This document shows, one piece after another, positions 17,720-20,000 of a DNA stretch of 20,000 nucleotides (the stretch's first letter is position 1; each line of letters starts with the position of its first letter). Source of the DNA: an uncultured virus (IMG/VR IMGVR_UViG_3300002835_000125) (lineage: Duplodnaviria; Heunggongvirae; Uroviricota; Caudoviricetes); the IMG/VR virus record IMGVR_UViG_3300002835_000125; one strand, written 5' to 3'. A program made the translations under genes and the position numbers. The notes beneath the pieces were generated by a model, which did not search any database, had not been told where the DNA came from, and saw only the letters and a program-made list of their open reading frames with translations.

Positions 17720-18393
17720 TGAAACAATATATATCACATATAATATTAATAGGGTTGTTTTTAATAACCTTATTCTTTTTAAATAAATGTTCACAAAGTA
17801 AATATACTGAACTTGAAGATAAATATAAGCTTACACAAGTTGAGAATCAAACATTTGAAAGTCTTGTAAATAAAAAAAACGATACTATTAAAACTCAAAA
17901 TGTTATTATACTAAAAACTGAAAAGTCTTTAAAAAACTACACTGACACAATCTTCAATCTTAAAAAAAAACAAGAAAGAAAGATTAAAGAAGTGATAGCT
18001 TATTATAATAATAAAACTGATACAAGAGTAGATAGCTTCTTTGTATTTGAAGTGGATAGTATTCCTTACCCAGTTGTTATCACAGATGATTATGTAAGAG
18101 ATTCTATGATAACAGTTCCACGTACTTATAAAGTGGATTCTACTTATTTTAAATTTGATGCTACAGTAACTAAAAAAGGAATGTTAATTAATTCATTAAG
18201 TTTACCAGATACAACATATGGAAGATTTGTAGAATTAAAGAATGGAAAAATACAATACCAAGTATTCAATAAAAATCCGTATATTAGTATTGAAAATAGC
18301 AATTCAATAATATATCAACCCAAAAAGAAAAGGCTCAAATGGTTAATACCATTAGGAGTAGGAATAGTAACAGGAATACTTATAACAAAATGA
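17719..18393 (+). CDS. Putative spanin-like envelope protein (224 aa; start revised from 17620)
   Basis: ATG at 17719 overlaps the upstream stop (TAATG). MKQYISHIILIGLFLITLFFLNKC is a signal-like segment ending in Cys, followed by a coiled coil, a beta-rich middle and a C-terminal basic patch plus TM (KKKRLKWLIPLGVGIVTGILITK). Confidence 0.6.
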   Translation: MKQYISHIILIGLFLITLFFLNKCSQSKYTELEDKYKLTQVENQTFESLVNKKNDTIKTQNVIILKTEKSLKNYTDTIFNLKKKQERKIKEVIAYYNNKTDTRVDSFFVFEVDSIPYPVVITDDYVRDSMITVPRTYKVDSTYFKFDATVTKKGMLINSLSLPDTTYGRFVELKNGKIQYQVFNKNPYISIENSNSIIYQPKKKRLKWLIPLGVGIVTGILITK

Positions 18394-18740
18394 TAATAAA
18401 TCTTCCTATATATGAATGTAAAGTTCACTATATAGTAGTGGAAAAAAATGAAGATATAGATAAAAAACAAAGATTTATTTATAAAAAACATAAAATAAAT
18501 AAATCTGTACCTAAAGAAGAAGATGGTGGGAGTGTAGGGTTAATGATTCCTTGTTTTACAGATTATTATATGATAATTAGTAAAGAAGAAAAGAATAAAA
18601 TTAATGTTATATTACATGAGCTAAGTCATTGCATAGACTTCATAACACAAGATAGAGGTATCGAAGATACAGAAGAAAAAGCTTATTTAACTGCTTATAT
18701 AGGAGATAAAATATTAAAACATGAATTTAGCATATTATAA
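18390..18740 (+). CDS. Small HExxH zincin-like metallopeptidase-domain protein (116 aa; start revised from 18339)
   Basis: ATG at 18390 overlaps the upstream TGA (ATGA). ILHELSHC (His at 18615 and 18627) with downstream EEKAY. Confidence 0.7.
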   Translation: MIINLPIYECKVHYIVVEKNEDIDKKQRFIYKKHKINKSVPKEEDGGSVGLMIPCFTDYYMIISKEEKNKINVILHELSHCIDFITQDRGIEDTEEKAYLTAYIGDKILKHEFSIL

Positions 18741-18815
18741 TCAAGATATATAAAAGTAGGAAGAGTTTGGAAAATTGCAACGCCAAATATTAAAGTTGCA
18801 GGAATTTGGAAATAA
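18721..18815 (+). pseudogene. Frameshifted micro-gene or gene remnant with a duplicated IKVxxxWK motif
   Basis: ATG 18721 gives MNLAYYNQDI*. The shifted frame 18741-18815 reads SRYIKVGRVWKIATPNIKVAGIWK*, and its TAA overlaps the next ATG (TAATG). Confidence 0.5.
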
Positions 18816-19285
18816 TGAAAACATTTGAAGCACCCGTAATCTTAACAACAATACCGAATGAAATTATATCAGGTATTGAGTTAAAAATAATTGCAAATCT
18901 TGCAACAGTTATAATAAATTACAATACAAAACAAATTAGTCTTAACTGGTGTTGTAGTTATTACACGCTTGATAACCAACCATTTGCTATTGCTCCTTCT
19001 TATTATAAGGAACAAAATACACTTGAAAATATGTATATTTCAGAAGATGGTTCTATAATAATCTATAGTGAAAATGAACTCATAGAAACCTTTGGATTAA
19101 AAGATAGTGAAGGTAATCAAATATATGATAAAAATGGAAAACCATTACTGACAAGAGATGATTTAATGGATAGTTGGAGTTTTTACATGAAAAAGAGTAC
19201 ACAACCAATACCTTTAAAAGCATTATTTGAAGCAGTAGGTAATAGAGCAGCTATTGAAAATAGATTAAATAATGAGCACATTTAA
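18815..19285 (+). CDS. Hypothetical phage protein (156 aa; start revised from TTG 18806)
   Basis: In-frame ATG at 18815 within a TAATG overlap; no recognisable motif. Confidence 0.75.
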   Translation: MKTFEAPVILTTIPNEIISGIELKIIANLATVIINYNTKQISLNWCCSYYTLDNQPFAIAPSYYKEQNTLENMYISEDGSIIIYSENELIETFGLKDSEGNQIYDKNGKPLLTRDDLMDSWSFYMKKSTQPIPLKALFEAVGNRAAIENRLNNEHI

Positions 19286-20000
19286 CGATAATATAGATAT
19301 ATTAGTTTCCGATTTGAATAAAAACAAACTCGGACAGGGGTTTAATCCTGCAACATTATTAGCAAGAGCACAAAGAGATGAAGATATAATATTTGAAATA
19401 TTAGAAAAATTAAAAGATTTTAATAATAATGTTATTAATTTAACAACATTAGGAACATCAGGACCATCTACATTAATTGGTTCTACTCTTAATATTCCAC
19501 AATATAGCAGTGGTAGTAGTTATATCACTTCTATATTAGATACATCAAGCATAGATTTAGATGTTACAGCAGGAGTTTTAACAGCCAATTTTATAAATGC
19601 AGCAGGTTATATAACGTCTTCTTCGTTAAGTCCTTATTTAACAAGTGCTATTGCTGCTACTACATATGAACCAATTATTGGTGCTGGAACTACAGGTCAA
19701 TATTGGAGAGGAGATAAAACTTGGCAGACCTTTCCAACTGTTGGTACTTGGGGAGCATTAAACTATCCAACATGGGTAAGCGGTACACCATTTGTTAAGA
19801 TGACTGCTGCTGGTACTTTTTCATTAGATACCAACACTTATCTAACTGCTAATCAAAATATAACATTATCAGGTGATATAACAGGTTCAGGTACAACTGC
19901 TATTACTACAACAATAGCCAATGGAGCCGTTGATATAGCAATGTTATCTGCAACAGGCACACCATCAAGTACTACATTTTTAAGAGGAGATAATACATGG
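19272..20000 (+). CDS. Tail-fibre-like protein, 3'-truncated (not in the supplied ORF track)
   Basis: Manual translation from ATG 19272 is open for 243 codons to the window end: MSTFNDNIDILVSDLNKNKLGQGFNPA...LTTLGTSGPSTLIGSTLNIPQY...GTTGQYWRGDKTWQT...ITLSGDITGSGTT...ATGTPSSTTFLRGDNTW. T/G/S-rich with a repeated RGDxTW module typical of phage fibre shafts. Confidence 0.8.
   Translation, partial: MSTFNDNIDILVSDLNKNKLGQGFNPATLLARAQRDEDIIFEILEKLKDFNNNVINLTTLGTSGPSTLIGSTLNIPQYSSGSSYITSILDTSSIDLDVTAGVLTANFINAAGYITSSSLSPYLTSAIAATTYEPIIGAGTTGQYWRGDKTWQTFPTVGTWGALNYPTWVSGTPFVKMTAAGTFSLDTNTYLTANQNITLSGDITGSGTTAITTTIANGAVDIAMLSATGTPSSTTFLRGDNTW

Noticed and set aside
17620..18814. Track starts at 17620, 18339 and 18806
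   Set aside because: The first two create long overlaps and the third is a TTG; in-frame ATGs at 17719, 18390 and 18815 give stop-start coupling and more sensible N-termini.
19707..19991. RGD tripeptides as integrin-binding motifs
   Set aside because: They are part of the (Y/F)(W/L)RGDxTW fibre repeat; nothing supports a eukaryotic adhesion role.
1..20000. Stop-codon reassignment as seen in some crAss-like phages
   Set aside because: Multi-kb ORFs are intact in the standard code, and TAA, TAG (15115-15117) and TGA (17424-17426, 18391-18393) all appear to end genes.

Overview
Very AT-rich window of a bacteriophage genome, most consistent with a crAss-like (Crassvirales-related) phage of a Bacteroidota host. 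All credible genes are on the + strand, tightly packed, and read in the standard code. Bases 1-8900 encode the C-terminal part (at least 2965 aa, open beyond the left edge) of a giant, almost cysteine-free multidomain protein with a PD-(D/E)xK nuclease-like module, an HExxH zincin-like module and a crAss-type single-chain two-barrel virion RNA polymerase whose catalytic motif is the variant GADNDID. A second giant protein (2003 aa) follows, with a degenerate zincin module (QExxH) and C-terminal hydrophobic helices, probably a co-ejected virion protein. Downstream are a small acidic protein, a candidate promoter, a repeat-built fibre-like protein, a three-gene membrane/lysis-like cassette (holin-like and candidate unimolecular spanin, no recognisable endolysin), a small HExxH protein, a frameshifted micro-gene, a hypothetical protein and a tail-fibre-like gene that runs off the right edge and is missing from the ORF track. 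All assignments rest on motif recognition by eye; no searches were run.
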